A DNA stretch of 64,000 nt from a virus (lineage: Duplodnaviria; Caudoviricetes): positions 32,001-96,000 of IMG/VR virus record IMGVR_UViG_3300021387_000299. One strand, given 5' to 3'. A program made the position numbers and the translations under genes. The notes under the pieces were generated by a model that ran no database searches, was not told the DNA's origin, and saw only the letters and a list, made by a program, of their open reading frames with translations. The stretch's first letter is position 1. Every line of letters begins with the position of its first letter. Below are positions 28,337 through 41,240 of the stretch, piece after piece.

Positions 28337-28894
28337 TTAACAACACTCCTTTGTTTTTTTACAATATTCTTTATATTTTTTATCTTGATCTGATATTATT
28401 GAATTAATATCAAAATCTGTTGTTTTTCTTTTTACATAAAGTGATTCAGCTCCAGCCAATTCTTCGTCTACATCACAAATCAAGCATCCAAGGAATTGTG
28501 CATCAGCAACTTCGCCCATATTCATTAATTCAATATACATTTTTTGATATAAGGTTTTTGTGCTACGCTCTCAATCTATTCATTTTTCTAAACCTGTTTT
28601 TACCGCATTTCTTTTTGTTGTAGCATCAACATCTTTGCGTTCATATGCATACCAAGAGTTAGGAATTACTTTTGGATCATCTACCGATTTAGTTTTTATT
28701 AATTTATTATGATGTCGTAAATAATATCTATTAATTTCCATATAATTTTGACTTTCGGATAAATAATGATATCTATGACATTCTGCATAACCTTTTAAAT
28801 TTAAAAAACAGTAATAATTAGACATTTGATCGTGAATCATCAAACCTTTTATCATATGTGCACTTAATTCAGAATAAATTTCTTCAAGTGTCAT
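28337..28894 (-). CDS. ferritin-like four-helix protein, 2 TGA(Trp)
   Basis: ORFs 28580-28894 and 28337-28540 are in frame via GLEK(W)ID(W)ERSTKTLYQ; L.GY...H.Y.Y..E and D.D.E.. ferritin-like pattern. Confidence 0.7.
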
Positions 28895-28895
28895 A

Positions 28896-29306
28896 TTAGA
28901 TTCTTACTGCGGTAACATCAATTGTGCTATAAGTAGCTTCAATTCCCGCATTTCTTAAATCAATTGTTGTTGTTGTAGAACAAGGGCAATTTATATTATT
29001 ATTATCTGGAACTTGAACTAAAGTTGTAAAACTGAATGGAATTTGTGAAGTGGCATCTGCGGCAGTAATTAAAGAAACTGCTTGTGGCTGAATTACACCG
29101 TTCTTCTCTAATTGAACAATAATTTCTCCAGCCGCACTTCCAATTACACTACCAGAAACTGAAACTTCATAAACTCCACATTTATTAAATTGAATTGTTG
29201 AAGTACCCAATAATTGAGTGCTTGTACCCTTTAATAAAGCAACGGTTGTTAATGGAATAATTCCATTAGCGGCAACATTAACATTTTTAGAATATACTTC
29301 TAACAT
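28896..29306 (-). CDS. beta-sandwich protein, BclA C-terminal-like
   Basis: GVYEVSVSG..IVQLEKNG..SFTTLVQV pattern; GGAGG RBS. Confidence 0.5.
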   Translation of the reverse strand: MLEVYSKNVNVAANGIIPLTTVALLKGTSTQLLGTSTIQFNKCGVYEVSVSGSVIGSAAGEIIVQLEKNGVIQPQAVSLITAADATSQIPFSFTTLVQVPDNNNINCPCSTTTTIDLRNAGIEATYSTIDVTAVRI

Positions 29307-29346
29307 TTAATCATTCCTCCTAAACTTTTCCTTTTGATTAAAAATA

Positions 29347-29374
29347 AAAAGGGCAACTAAATAGTTACCCTTTT
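29347..29374 (-). terminator. terminator-like hairpin
   Basis: AAAAGGGTAACTA..TAGTTGCCCTTTT followed by T-rich tract. Confidence 0.55.
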
Positions 29375-29379
29375 ATTTA

Positions 29380-30045
29380 CTAAAGTGTTGCTCCACCACA
29401 AGCGCAGAACGGATTTGTTCCTGCGTAGTAAGTGCTTGCACTTGGGTAGCGAACTACACCAGCAACTGCCTGTTGAAGCTGTAACTGGTTAATTTGACTC
29501 TGCATATCTGCCATACGATTACCTGTAATAGCATCAAGAATCTTCTGAGTTTGTGCTGTTGTATTTTCGTTAATTGCGGCAGTATTAATTGCATTTGCAT
29601 AATTTACGCCATCAATTGCGCGAAGTGTCTGGCAGCAACATTCATTTTCTTTTGCTAATAAATTAGCCTGACCAACAGCTAAACCACCAATATCTCTGGC
29701 AAGTTCGCTGTATTTATCACTTAAAGCATTAAGTGTGTCGTGGAATGTCTGATTAGTCGCGGCTACTGCTTGCGCAGTTCCAGCGTTGACGGCTGCGAGA
29801 GTCTCTCTCTGATTTGCCATCATATTCTGAGTATCAAATCCACGATCTACTTGTGATTGTGTCGCCAGATTTTCATAACCGATTGCATTAGCGAAGCCGT
29901 TATTACCCCAGCCGCTAAAGCCACCGCCAGCGAGAATCAATAAAGCAAAAATCCACATCATGGAGTTGCCGCCCCACATATCACCATAACCATTACGATC
30001 GCTCAATAAAGCAACATCACTAGCTGATAAACTTCCATTTTCCAT
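29380..30045 (-). CDS. conserved Gly/Asn-rich phage protein with CCC motif and N-terminal hydrophobic helix
   Basis: WIFALLILAGGGFSGWG, ECCCQT, C-terminal CACGG; GGAGG RBS. Confidence 0.75.
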   Translation of the reverse strand: MENGSLSASDVALLSDRNGYGDMWGGNSMMWIFALLILAGGGFSGWGNNGFANAIGYENLATQSQVDRGFDTQNMMANQRETLAAVNAGTAQAVAATNQTFHDTLNALSDKYSELARDIGGLAVGQANLLAKENECCCQTLRAIDGVNYANAINTAAINENTTAQTQKILDAITGNRMADMQSQINQLQLQQAVAGVVRYPSASTYYAGTNPFCACGGATL

Positions 30046-30101
30046 TTTAAATTCCTCCTAATTAGTAAATTAATAGTCAAAGTTTTACCAATTAGGATTC
30101 T

Positions 30102-30341
30102 TTATTTTAACATATCCAAAATTGAATTTGGATCTATTCCTTTTTGTTGCGCTAAAGCATAAAAAGCTGTTTTTGGATTACCCCCATATTGATTAATCAA
30201 TCCAGTAACTTGAGGGTTTTGCGCTAATAAATTATTTAATAAAGCTTGAGGATTAGGCGAGTTTTTTAACATTGAAATCATATTATTGTTTGTTGATGAC
30301 TTTGATTGGTTTAGCATCTGAAGCATCGGATTTCCTTGCAT
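30102..30341 (-). CDS. small Gln/Asn-rich helical protein
   Basis: NPQALL..L..QNPQ..GGNPK.AFY.LA.QKGID; GGAGG RBS. Confidence 0.7.
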   Translation of the reverse strand: MQGNPMLQMLNQSKSSTNNNMISMLKNSPNPQALLNNLLAQNPQVTGLINQYGGNPKTAFYALAQQKGIDPNSILDMLK

Positions 30342-30660
30342 TGAACGCCTCCTCTAATTTAGTTATTCTTTCCTCTAAAGCAGAATAATCTACACTCGCC
30401 GTGTTTGTAGTTTGAGTTTCAATAGGAGTAATTGTATATCCAGTTACTGTTGGATATGATGCTCCATCTGTTGTTTTTAATCAAACAACTGGTGCTGTCT
30501 CATCTAAAAGTAGTATACTACTATTGGGCGCCATTTGATAAGCATTTGCACCATTTCGCCCATTCACTCTGATAACTTCTTGTCGTTGTAAATAATTTTG
30601 TTGGCCCATAACTCCATAATTTGGGTATGTTGGAGCAGGGTATCCTGAATAATTCATCAT
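30283..30660 (-). CDS. conserved hypothetical protein, 1 TGA(Trp)
   Basis: AAGGAG RBS; VNGRNGANAYQMAPNSSILLLDETAPVV(W)LKTTDGASYP; TGA at 30481-30483. Confidence 0.75.
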
Positions 30661-30716
30661 AAATAAACTCCTTCCATTTTAGTAAAACTTTTCCTATTTT
30701 AGTACCTTTCCATCGG

Positions 30717-30763
30717 TACATTACTAATAAAAAACGTGATAATAAAATTATCACGTTTTGTCC
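30717..30763 (-). promoter_or_regulatory. copy of GGNCARA-TAA motif (putative late promoter)
   Basis: GGACAAAACGTGATAA...; contains palindrome AAAACGTGATAA/TTATCACGTTTT. Confidence 0.5.
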
Positions 30764-30768
30764 ATTTT

Positions 30769-31320
30769 TTATTTAGCTCTTTTTCAGCTATTTCCATCCT
30801 TTACATAAATTGCAGATACTGTTTTTCAGACTCCATTAACATTAACATATGCGGTATTAATTGTTTTTCAGCTTCCATTAATATTAACATGACTTGAATA
30901 AGTTATTGTAGAAGGTGCTGTCTTAAAGTTTACATCAATGGTCATTTTTCCCATTTTTTCTCCATTTATGTAAATTCAATCTGCTGAATTAGTGCTGTCT
31001 GCTCCGGTATTTGCTTCTCCATGCACTGTATATGTAGTGTTAGCACTTAATCCTGTTAAATTAATAGATCCTAACGGAAAATCATAGCTATCTCCTCCAT
31101 ATACTGTACCTTGGCAAGCAGTTGTGCCAGAGTTACTTGGAGATCCTGTGCTTCTTTTAATTAATCATTTTACATTATTTGCATTAATGCTAGCAAAAAT
31201 ACCAGGAGCTGTTATTCTTAAATATACTGTTGCAGTAGCTGATGATTGAGTAATATTAGAAAAATCAACAACAACAGAAAAAACTTGTAAGCCATCACTT
31301 GTTGATCATGTACTTGCCAT
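30769..31320 (-). CDS. tail-associated protein with C-terminal (YV)NVNGxWK repeats; 6 TGA(Trp)
   Basis: 183 aa when TGA=W; ends VNINGS(W)KT..YVNVNGV(W)KT..YVKDGNS(W)KRAK-TAA. Confidence 0.75.
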
Positions 31321-31335
31321 ATAATATCTCCTATA

Positions 31336-33459
31336 TTAATCAGTATATTTTAATCAAACATCACCATTTACTCCGCCAGAAGGATTCGAAGTACTTGCAA
31401 AAATATTTCTTAAAGATCCTAATTTTTGATTATTACCTGGATTTAATAATGGAATACCAGCAGAACTAATAATTTGTACTGCACTGGTGCCGTCTGTAAA
31501 ATTAACATTTCGAATCTTTGTATAAGAATTTGTTGTAGATTTATTGTATACACTATAATCAGTATAGGTAGCACCATAACTACTAAAAGCATTTTCTATT
31601 TCACTAAAAAGTCTATTATTACTATCATTAGTTACTAATAATTTATAGGTTTCAGTTTCTGATGGATCTGTAGAACTTAATGCAAAAGAGCTTTTTGTTA
31701 TTAAACCACCAGGAACGGTAATTTTCCCAGTGGACAAATTATAGGTTGCTCTATTTGCAGTTGTTTTTGGAATCTGCCCATAGAGATCATTATAACTAGT
31801 CTCTCCTGTTGGTGCGGTAGGACTAGTACTCCCAGTACTACCACCAATTAAAGGTAATTCTGCATTTGTTGCATACGCCTTGTAGGTTCTCATTAAAGTG
31901 TTGGTATTGTCATTATGATCAGCATTAGTTAAAATTCAATAAGTTCCATTATAAACAAAAACACTGATTGAATCTTTATGTAATTCGTTAGCATGTGTTA
32001 AATTATTGTTCGCATGATTATACAATTTCTTAATACTTTTTGCTCCAGTATTATTAACATTTAATGTTAAACTACCAACTGTTCCGGTATTTGTATTAGT
32101 AAATTTAACAATCATAGTATCACCAACTTGCATTGACGTATAATCCTCACAAGTAACCACTTTTGCTGTCGTAGCTGCTGCTGTTGAACATGTTCCATAA
32201 AAAATTCTAGCATTACCATTGTCTACTTGAACTCCGCCAGAACTACTTACAGTTGCCCATGATGGTACTCCATTTGCAAGTGTTAATACTTGTCCATTAC
32301 TACCTTTAGCCAATCTTTCTGGAGTTCCAGAAGCACTTCAATATATAATATCACCTGCTGCTGTGCCAATAGATTTAGCAACATAGTCATCTGTAGAAGC
32401 TGTTGCCATACTTCCAAATTGACCTAATTTACAGTAAGCCAAATTAGAATTAGAACTATTATATTTACCATTTCAAAAAGCTAATGTATTTATCGTTGGA
32501 ATATCTATATCAGTTGCTTTTGCCGTTCAACCTAAATCTCCATTATTAGTTATATTTTTAATAGTTCTTGTGCCAATAGCATTAGTACCATTTCCAATTA
32601 ATAATTCACCAGAAGTAAAAGTAGTTGCCCCAGTTCCACCCGCGGCAACAGGAATAGTTCCCGCAGCAAGAACTCCATCGGTAGTTGTATATACGCCCTT
32701 ATTAGCAGCCGTTCCAATAGCGCCAGCATTAGTTATATTTCCATGGACATGATTGCCTGCTGCCGCATTTGAAGCTTCTGTGCCAATCGTTAAAATTGTC
32801 GGTTTATTTTGAATATAACTTCAATCTAAATTGCCTGTAAATGTCGCTGTATTATTTTGATCTATAGAAATAATAGTTTTTCCAGTTCCAGCATTATTTT
32901 TAGCATAAAGTCCTTTATTACCGGTTGCAGAACCAGCAGATCATAAATAAATATCTCCAGCCAAAGCTCTAGCCATAACTTCTTTTTCGCTAGTATTAGT
33001 AGTTGAATTTCCTGCAATAACATGACCACCTGTTACAACATTTCCACCGTCACAATTTAAATTTAAAGCTGCTGTTGTAGTTCCAGTGGCTTTAGCTTGA
33101 ATTTCATTTCCATCTAACTCCAAATGGGCTGCAGTTGCGGCTCCACCAACAATTAAAGCCGGATTATTATTTGCGGTTCCACTAGCATCTTGACTTCTAG
33201 ATAAAACCAGCGTACCAGTAACAGTTCCGCCAGACAATGGCAAATAATTATCATGAGTATGGCTTGTTGTGGCGTAATTAGCAGTATCTAAAGTTCAAGC
33301 ATTTTCCGCGGTCTTTTTTAAAATTCCAGATGTTCCACTTAATTCTTCAATTGCTTTTAAATTATCAGCATCTGTTAAATCATCCAATGGAACATCTCCA
33401 TATATTGTACCAGTGACGCTTAAATCACCAGTTACTATTGTATCTTTCAATTGCGCCAT
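31336..33459 (-). CDS. tail fibre-like protein (707 aa, TGA=Trp)
   Basis: MAQLKDTIVTGDL start with AAGGAGG; ORFs at 32941, 31936 and 31354 share one frame and each ends at TGA; ends PSGGVNGDV(W)LKYTD-TAA. Confidence 0.8.
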
Positions 33460-33480
33460 ATATCTGGCACCTCCTTATTA

Positions 33481-33608
33481 AAAAAATAAAGCAAAAAGAT
33501 GGAGATTTTCCAGCAAATATATTCCAATCCATTTTTTAAACTTTTCATCTGGATTCAATCCATCTCTTTGCTAAATATATTATATCAAAAAATATTTTTT
33601 GTTGTCAA
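33481..33608 (-). promoter_or_regulatory. sigA promoter plus ~90-nt structured leader/small RNA closed by a 14-bp stem and U-tract
   Basis: TTGACA-18-TATAAT (33608-33579); AGCAAAGAGATGGA (33572-33559) pairs with TCCATCTTTTTGCT (33503-33490), then TTATTTTTT. Confidence 0.65.
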
Positions 33609-33616
33609 AAAAATTT

Positions 33617-35440
33617 TTAGAAAAAATTTGCACCATCAATTTGAACTCAGTCTTCTTCTTGAGGAGAATTGGGTCATGCTTTATTTATATAAACATATGC
33701 AGTTTCCAAATCATCTCCATTATAAATATAAATATTTGATGGAGATTTTCAATGAGCATATAAATTTATTTCAGCCTCTTCTCCTTGATAATCTCAAGTA
33801 TAAACAGTAAGATCTTCAGTTGTAGGTGGATCTGAATAAAATTTTACATTACCTTCATCTAATACTTCTTCAGTTCCAATGCTCGAAGTTGAAGAAAAAT
33901 ATAATCCATCACCAACGGCTTTTGCCGCAGATGGGGTGATCGTGCTATATCAAGCATTATCATATGGTTCATAAACTTTTCTTCCATTATTATCAAAATA
34001 TCCTAAAAATGCTCAACCTTTTGGATGTTTTGGTTGACCTCTATATGCATAAATATATGATCCACCCGTATAAGTCGCACTTTTAGGACCGATGTCAGTA
34101 GTATCATTACCAAAATATCCGCCATTTGCATATAAATTTACCGTTGTTTCAATTTGAGCATATTGAGCTTGAAATGTAAAAACTGTTTCTCCAAACTTAC
34201 CTAAATAATAAGTGTCACCCGTTTGATACATTTTATTATCATTTGTACATTTCCAACCAACAAAACGTTTGCCTGTAGGGGTATAATCTTCAAAATTCGC
34301 AGGTGGAGTAATAATAAAATCAGTTCATTCTGATACGTTATCATTGCCTCTATTAGTAATATTTACTGTTGAGTTATCCCCAAATTGGAAACTAGTAGTA
34401 AAAAAAGTACCTCGAAATGCTCATAAGGCATATAAATGAAGCGATTCTGTTAATCCACCTTTTCATGAAGGAATATTAGGAAGAGGATTAATTACTGTTC
34501 CAGAATTTTCTGTGGCCCATGTGGTTGTAGAAAGAGTTCCAGTAGCTGGCCCGAAAAAGTCAGTATTTTCTACTGCCACAGTAGCATAATTTTGAATACT
34601 GGAATCACTATTTTTTAAATATTCTTCATTATATTGATATAAATCATAAATTTTGACAGCATTTTCAAAAGTTGGAGTAGTATAATATCCTTTAAAAGAT
34701 TTTAATTGATCAGTATTTTCAATTAAAGGAGTTCCTCTAATTCCATATTTAGTTCCGCTATCATCCGGATATGCATGTGCTACAATCTGTAAAGTTTGAT
34801 CATGAGCAAATACTCGGCCATTTCCATCTAAGATAACTACTGGGCCGCTATCTTTTCATTGAGCGGTAAGTGTTAAATTTGCATTAACATTATAGGTATC
34901 TCCTCCAGAATAAGAATGATTATTATTTCCTTGTCAATGATCAAATTCTTTTCCAACTGGCGCAGAAAAGCTAAAAGAATTAATTCCTTTAATTGTATAA
35001 TTTTTATTATATTCTTTACTTTCATTTCTAGAAGATCCTGTTCCAGAACCTGGTTTATATGTAATAGTATAAGTTGAAGCAGGAACGCTAACAGAAGTAC
35101 TATTACTTGCTGTTGGTGCATGTCCTGAGGTTTTTCCACAAGCAATTCTTATGGGGATATCTGCTGCGTTTCCGGCTCCGAGATTTACTGTTCCATTATT
35201 AATAAGAAAGTCTTTTGTTTCATATCCAGAATAATCACTACCGTCTACTGCATCAACAACTCTTGTTCCATTTATTTCTAAATAATATCAAAAAGTACTA
35301 TTCATTCAACGCTGATAATTACTTGCATCAGCATAATATTGTCTAACATAAAAATTTCAATTAATAGTTCTTGCGGAAGCATTAACTGTATAGTCTACAT
35401 ATACGCCACCATTATATTCAAAAGCCGTAAGTGTTGCCAT
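33617..35440 (-). CDS. virion protein with Listeria-Bacteroides (InlB B-type) repeats (607 aa, TGA=Trp)
   Basis: YTITY.PGSG..GKEFDH(W)..NLTLTAQ(W)K and LYAH(W)K repeat signatures; GGAGG RBS. Confidence 0.75.
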
Positions 35441-35463
35441 ATTCTTAATTTACCTCCCCACTC

Positions 35464-37827
35464 TTATTTTTCTATAAATTTATTAGCATAAATTTTTAAA
35501 TCTTTTGCTATTCTAGCCAATCCATAAACGCGTATATATAAATCAATATATCCAGTAGATATATTAGAATTTGGGAAACCCGGTATTTGATTTGTTTGAT
35601 ACACAGTTCAAGAACCTAATGCTCCATATCAATTACCCGAATTAGTATTTGCAATAGACATACGCGTACCAGTAGCTCTTCTTCATAATCCACCCATAGT
35701 GCTATTTGTATATCCAGAAGAAGTGTTATAAGTAACAGTTCCTGGTTTAACATCTTCTCATACAGCATCATTTGGATTTATATTTTGTGTTCAACGATAT
35801 TTTTGTTCTGTTGCGGTAGAGGTTGTTTTTTGTTTAACCATAAATTCATAAGTTGGCATATAAGGTATTTGCTCTACATTATATCATTTATTTTCATTTA
35901 TATAAACACCATGTTCTCAATCTGCGCTTTGCGCAAAATATCCACTTGTAGTGGGATCATTATGATGGAAAATTCTTATTCAAGTACTGCCATCTGGCTC
36001 TTCATAAATATTAGTATCATATTTTATAAATGGGTTCTCAAAAATTTCACCTGTTTTTACTTGTCCGTTTTTATTAATGGAGTTTTCTTGATTTTCTACA
36101 AATTCAAAACCATGAATACCATTTAAATTATCAATATTTGCAGGGGTATTATATAAAGCTAATACATCTTCTGCGGAAAGTGCGGTTGCATAAATTCTAA
36201 AATCTGACATTTCTCCTTTGTATGGGGTATTGTCTCCAGATCGAGTATCTCTACCAATTCTAAATGTAGTAGGAAATGTTAATGTATTATGCGCAGCAGT
36301 CGAAGCTCATTTTTGAGTTCCATTAATATAAACTTTAATATCATTAGAACCATTTTTTACAATACAAATATGTTGCCATACTCCATCAGAAATTGTTGCC
36401 CCAGTACATGTTTCATCTGGAGATCCATTTCATCATAATCTAAGTAAATTTGTAGTAGTTTTTTCTATTGACCATGATATCCCTGGATAGCTTCCAAAGT
36501 AAACAGAACGAACATTATTTTCTCCATTTGGTTTAATTCAAAATGAATATGTAACAGAGCTATTTATTATATTTGAAATATTTAAATGTTCAACTAAAAC
36601 GCCATCATCAATTCCATCAAAGCTAGTAACGACACCATATTTTCCAGAATTTGATGATATCGTAATTGGTAAACTTATTATATTACCATTGTGTTCATAA
36701 CCAGAAGAGTCTTTTATAGTATCTTTAGCATCCCCAAAATACGCCCTAATATTTGAAATAGTGAAAGAAGCACCTTCATTTGAAGTATTTAGTCTTACTC
36801 TTATTCTTGATTGATAAGTTAATGCATATGTAGCTTGTGCGGCAGTAACTTTAAAAGTACCTTTATGATGACCAGAAGGCGTATTTGTTAATGTTGTATA
36901 ATCTATACGATCAGAAGGAGAAACAATGGTTGTATTAAGCTGAGAATATAAATATGAAGTACTTGCGGTTACTCCGGTAACACTGTAATCATATTCTACA
37001 GTAATTGTTGTACCTTCTGTTATAGCATGAGTATATTTAGTATCTATATATCAAAAACCGGTATAAACAGCCGTTGATCCAGAGGCAATTGTAGCTGTTT
37101 TAGAAGCAACTGAAGTGAGAATATTTGGTTGAACTCCTTCATCTAATTTATAATGCAGTATTAATCCCTGACTTATTTCTTTTACTTCTAAAGCAGATAA
37201 ACAATGATCATAAATACGGACATCATTAAGATAGCCATTTAATCTATAATTCCCATGTAGAGCATTACCAGAGGTTCCATTAAAAGATCAAGCAAAAATT
37301 CCAATATAATCTTCTGGAACAGACATTACTCCAATGTTATGAATTCCATCGACCTTTCCATTTACATATAAAGTTGCTATAGATCCATTGTATGTAAATC
37401 CAACATGATATCAAGTATTTGCTGATAATAATGTGCTTCCACAATAAGTATTAAATGTTCTGCTTGAACCTGTACCAGTATTTATAGATAAATATCCTGT
37501 TGTGGTAGATACATGTTTTATTGTAAGTCCCATTCCCGTATTATTTCCATAACGATGTTGAGTAATCATTGCTCCACCTAAATTAGAACCACTTGTTAAA
37601 GAAGTAAATTTTACTCAGCAAAACATTGATTGATTTATACCTAAACCAATAGTTTTTGAAGAAACTAATCCGCCTCCAGTACTTGAATTATTACCATAAC
37701 AACTACCTATTTTTCCATTAGCATTTTCTGTAGTGCTAGTTGTATTTGCCATAGAAAAAGTAATACTTCTATCAGTTCCTATATTTTTAAGATCACCATT
37801 AAGCGGCAACCATATTTTTAATGCCAT
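35464..37827 (-). CDS. LamG/concanavalin A-like domain tail protein (787 aa, TGA=Trp)
   Basis: MALKIWLPLNGD, (W)YHVGFTYNG...LYVNG, GYLNDVRIYDHCLS..EV, MSDFRIYATALS. Confidence 0.8.
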
Positions 37828-37850
37828 AATAGCAACCTCCTTTTTCTCTT

Positions 37851-37893
37851 ATTATATCATAAAAGTTAAAGGAGAGTCAAATTGACTCTCCTT
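37851..37893 (-). promoter_or_regulatory. terminator hairpin fused with sigA promoter
   Basis: AAGGAGAGTCAA/TTGACTCTCCTT hairpin; TTGACT-18-TATAAT upstream of 37827. Confidence 0.7.
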
Positions 37894-37894
37894 A

Positions 37895-40800
37895 TTATGC
37901 AAATATAAAATCTAATGATTCTGTTGTTGAATTGTAATGAAGGGTTGCGTTATCAGCCAAAGTAATATCATTTACTTTATCCACATTTCCTGTTTTATCT
38001 ACAGAGAAAATATTCTTTCGAGCTGCGATGCCTCCACCTCCAATAACAAAAGAATGTGGCTTATCTGTAGTATCAGGTTCGTTGCTTTGTCCAATGATAA
38101 AAGTTCTCTTAGTATTAACATTTTTTAAATTGGCACCAAACATTACTACATCATCTTTATTATTAGTGTTATTTAAAAATGATCCATATAAAAAATTACC
38201 TCAACCATTAGTAGCTGAAGGTCCACCATTTCCAAAACAAACATTATACTGTCCTCCAGTTATATTTGCCATGATTCCACCTATATTAAAGTCTCCTAGT
38301 ATGGTTGCACCAGCTATCGCAAAATTTTTTGAAGATGATAACGCTGCTGAAGATAAAGTTGTATCAGTTGTTATTTTAGGATAAGCCCCACTAGTATCTA
38401 CATTAGTAATAGTTGCGCAGAAAGTATGAGTTGTTCTATTTATTACTTTTTTCCCAATTCAAGCCTCAAGTCCAGGATAACTACTAGTTGGTCAATTTTC
38501 CACTGTATAAATTGTTGCATTAGCGGCCCCTGTTAAAGTTATTGGCGTAGTACCAGAAGTAAGAACTAAATTATGACTACCTTCAATATAACCTGTTGAA
38601 CCACTTAATATCAATGAATTTCTTCCGCTAATATAACCATTTCCAAAAGCAATAGAATAATTTCCTGTAACTTCTGTTGGAATATCAATACCTGGTTCTG
38701 AATTTCTATCTAAATACATTGAATTGGTTCCAGTTCCTCTTATAAGAGGTAAATTATTGCCCAATTCAGTTTTTGTTGCATATGTTGAAGTAATGACGTT
38801 GCCATCGCCATCTTTTTCTGCATTACCAATTAAATTACCAGTAAAGGTTGGCGCGGTAACTGTTCCCTTAAATGTAGCATTACCCGTTGTATGATTTAAA
38901 ATAAGTGCATTTACAGAATAAGTTGTTTGCAAAGTAGAGTTTCAATTAGATCTAAGATAAAGATTCCCTCCACTATTTGCTATTTGCCAAGAGGCATTGG
39001 TTCCTCTTCATAATTCAAGTGCTACAGCTTCACCAGCGCCACTATCACTAGAACTAATAATTAATTGAGATGATTTGTTCGTTGTTGTAGCTGCATCTGC
39101 ATCTCTTCCAAGCCAAATATTTTTTGCTACAGCAAAACCTGAAGCAGTTCTTACTCCAGCTGTAGTTGAACCAGTTGCTTTTGTAGTAGGACCAAAATAT
39201 ACATCTCCACCATCATTATTAATGCATAAAGTTGCTGTTGAAGTTCCGTCTGTTTTAGCTTGAATTTCATTTGAATCAAATTCAAGATGTGTGGAAGTGG
39301 GTTGTCCGCCAACAATTAAAGCAGGTCTCCTATCTACAGTACCACTAGCATCTTGAGTTCTGGATAGAATTAAAGTGCCAGTAACAATTCCTCCGCTAAG
39401 AGGTAAGTAATCATGCGTATGATTACCCGCTGCTGCAGTGGTTGAAGTTGTGCCTAAGGTTAAAATAGTTGGTTTATTTTGAATATAGCTTCAATCTAAA
39501 TTACCATATAATGTTACATCATTATTTTGATCTATCTTAAGAATAGATTTGCCTGTTCCATCATGATTCTTTGCATAAATACCCTTATCACCAGTTGCAG
39601 AACTAGCAGATCATAAATAAATAGATCCAGCTAAAGTTCTAGCTATAACATCTTTTTCACTATCGGCGGATTCAGAGCCAGCAATAATACTTCCACCTGC
39701 AGTAATAGTTCCATTTGTAATTAACTTTGCCGGGAATGTCGTATTTAATTCAACATCTCAATCATAAATATGATTTTTTTCAACCATATTATTAGGTGCA
39801 GTTCAAGCACTCATACCATAAAAACGAATATCTGAGACATAAGCCGATCCATAATTTGCATTTATTGCAGTTTGTTTAAATGTTAATCTATATTTATAGT
39901 AATGGTCTGTTTGATTAGTAGTGCCACCAAAATGAGCTTGAGGAAAATATCTAATATTATTATTAGGTCATCCATCAAGTAATTGATTTGTAAATATAGT
40001 AACAAAAGTTTCTTTTGCTGCAATTGTAGAACATTCTAAGTCCATTTTTACCGTATTAGCAGAATCGGACAGTCAAACATAAACAGAATCCATACTAGTA
40101 TATCTGTCTGTTGGTTCAATTGTGACTCTTAATTGATTATTAATATTATTGTTTGCTTTTGCACTAGCTTTTCCTAAATAAAAATTTTTACCTTTTGTTT
40201 CAGAAAATAACGCTACTTTTTCAGCATTTGTTGCGCCATAATCTGTTCAAGTATTGCCACCATCAGTAGAATATTCTACAGTAATAGCTTCTGCTGGCAA
40301 ATTAAAAGTTTTATTACTTGCCGCACTTCCAACTAATGGTCGTGTAATGTGATCTAAACTACCATGTCTAGCATCTGTATCTTTTCCAATTTCCAAACGG
40401 CTATGGGTATGATTAACTGTTGCATATGTTGAAGTGATAATATTACCATCGCCATCTTTACCGGCTTTTAAATCAGCAGTTGCAATTTTAACTGGTTCAC
40501 CATTTGTATTAAAATAAACAGCTTCAGAACTAGACCCCTTAGAAGCTCAAAGTGGTGCATAAGTATGATCTCCAGCTGTATTATTATAAATAATTCAGGT
40601 TGATTTAGTTCTATCATAAAGTCCTCTATTAGTAGAAGCTAAAATAGAAACAGTTCCATTATCATTAACAGCTTTTATTTCAGCGCCATTAGTTCCACTT
40701 GCAGTAGTTATTAAATTATGTGTACTTGGATTATAAGTCAATCCAGATAATTTATTAACACTACCAGTTTCTTCATTGGCGTTGGCCGATAACCCACCCA

Positions 40801-41227
40801 ACAAATTAAAAGAACCATTTGTTGTAATTGCTGCATTTTGATGAATTGAATATTCATTATAATCAGTTATGACTCAATTAGTACCGTCATAAATAAATAA
40901 TATAACTGCGCCAGCCCTCCAGGCGGTTCCGCTAGCATTTCCAGCTTTAGTTGAACCATAAGCCATAATTGACTTAGCAGCAATAAGATTTGTTGTATTT
41001 GCATTTCTTTGTATTGTTAAAGTTGGATTAGCTACTGTATTACCATTAGTAAATTTTACCGCTAATAACATTCCAGTTATTAAAGTTGCAGAATCTGGTG
41101 TGGCATCAGCCAATTTAACTATTTTAGCAGCTGTACCTGCAGCTGTAGTACAAGTGCCATAAAAAGTTGAAGTAACTAAATGGGTTCCACCCCCAGCAGT
41201 TACTTTTCCTATAACTCCATTTGCCAT
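37895..41227 (-). CDS. tail fibre protein (1110 aa, TGA=Trp)
   Basis: ORFs at 40874, 40595, 38492 and 37895 share one frame separated by TGA; C-terminal YNSTTESLDFIF; shares modules with 31336-33459. Confidence 0.78.
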
Positions 41228-41240
41228 TTAATTACCTCCT

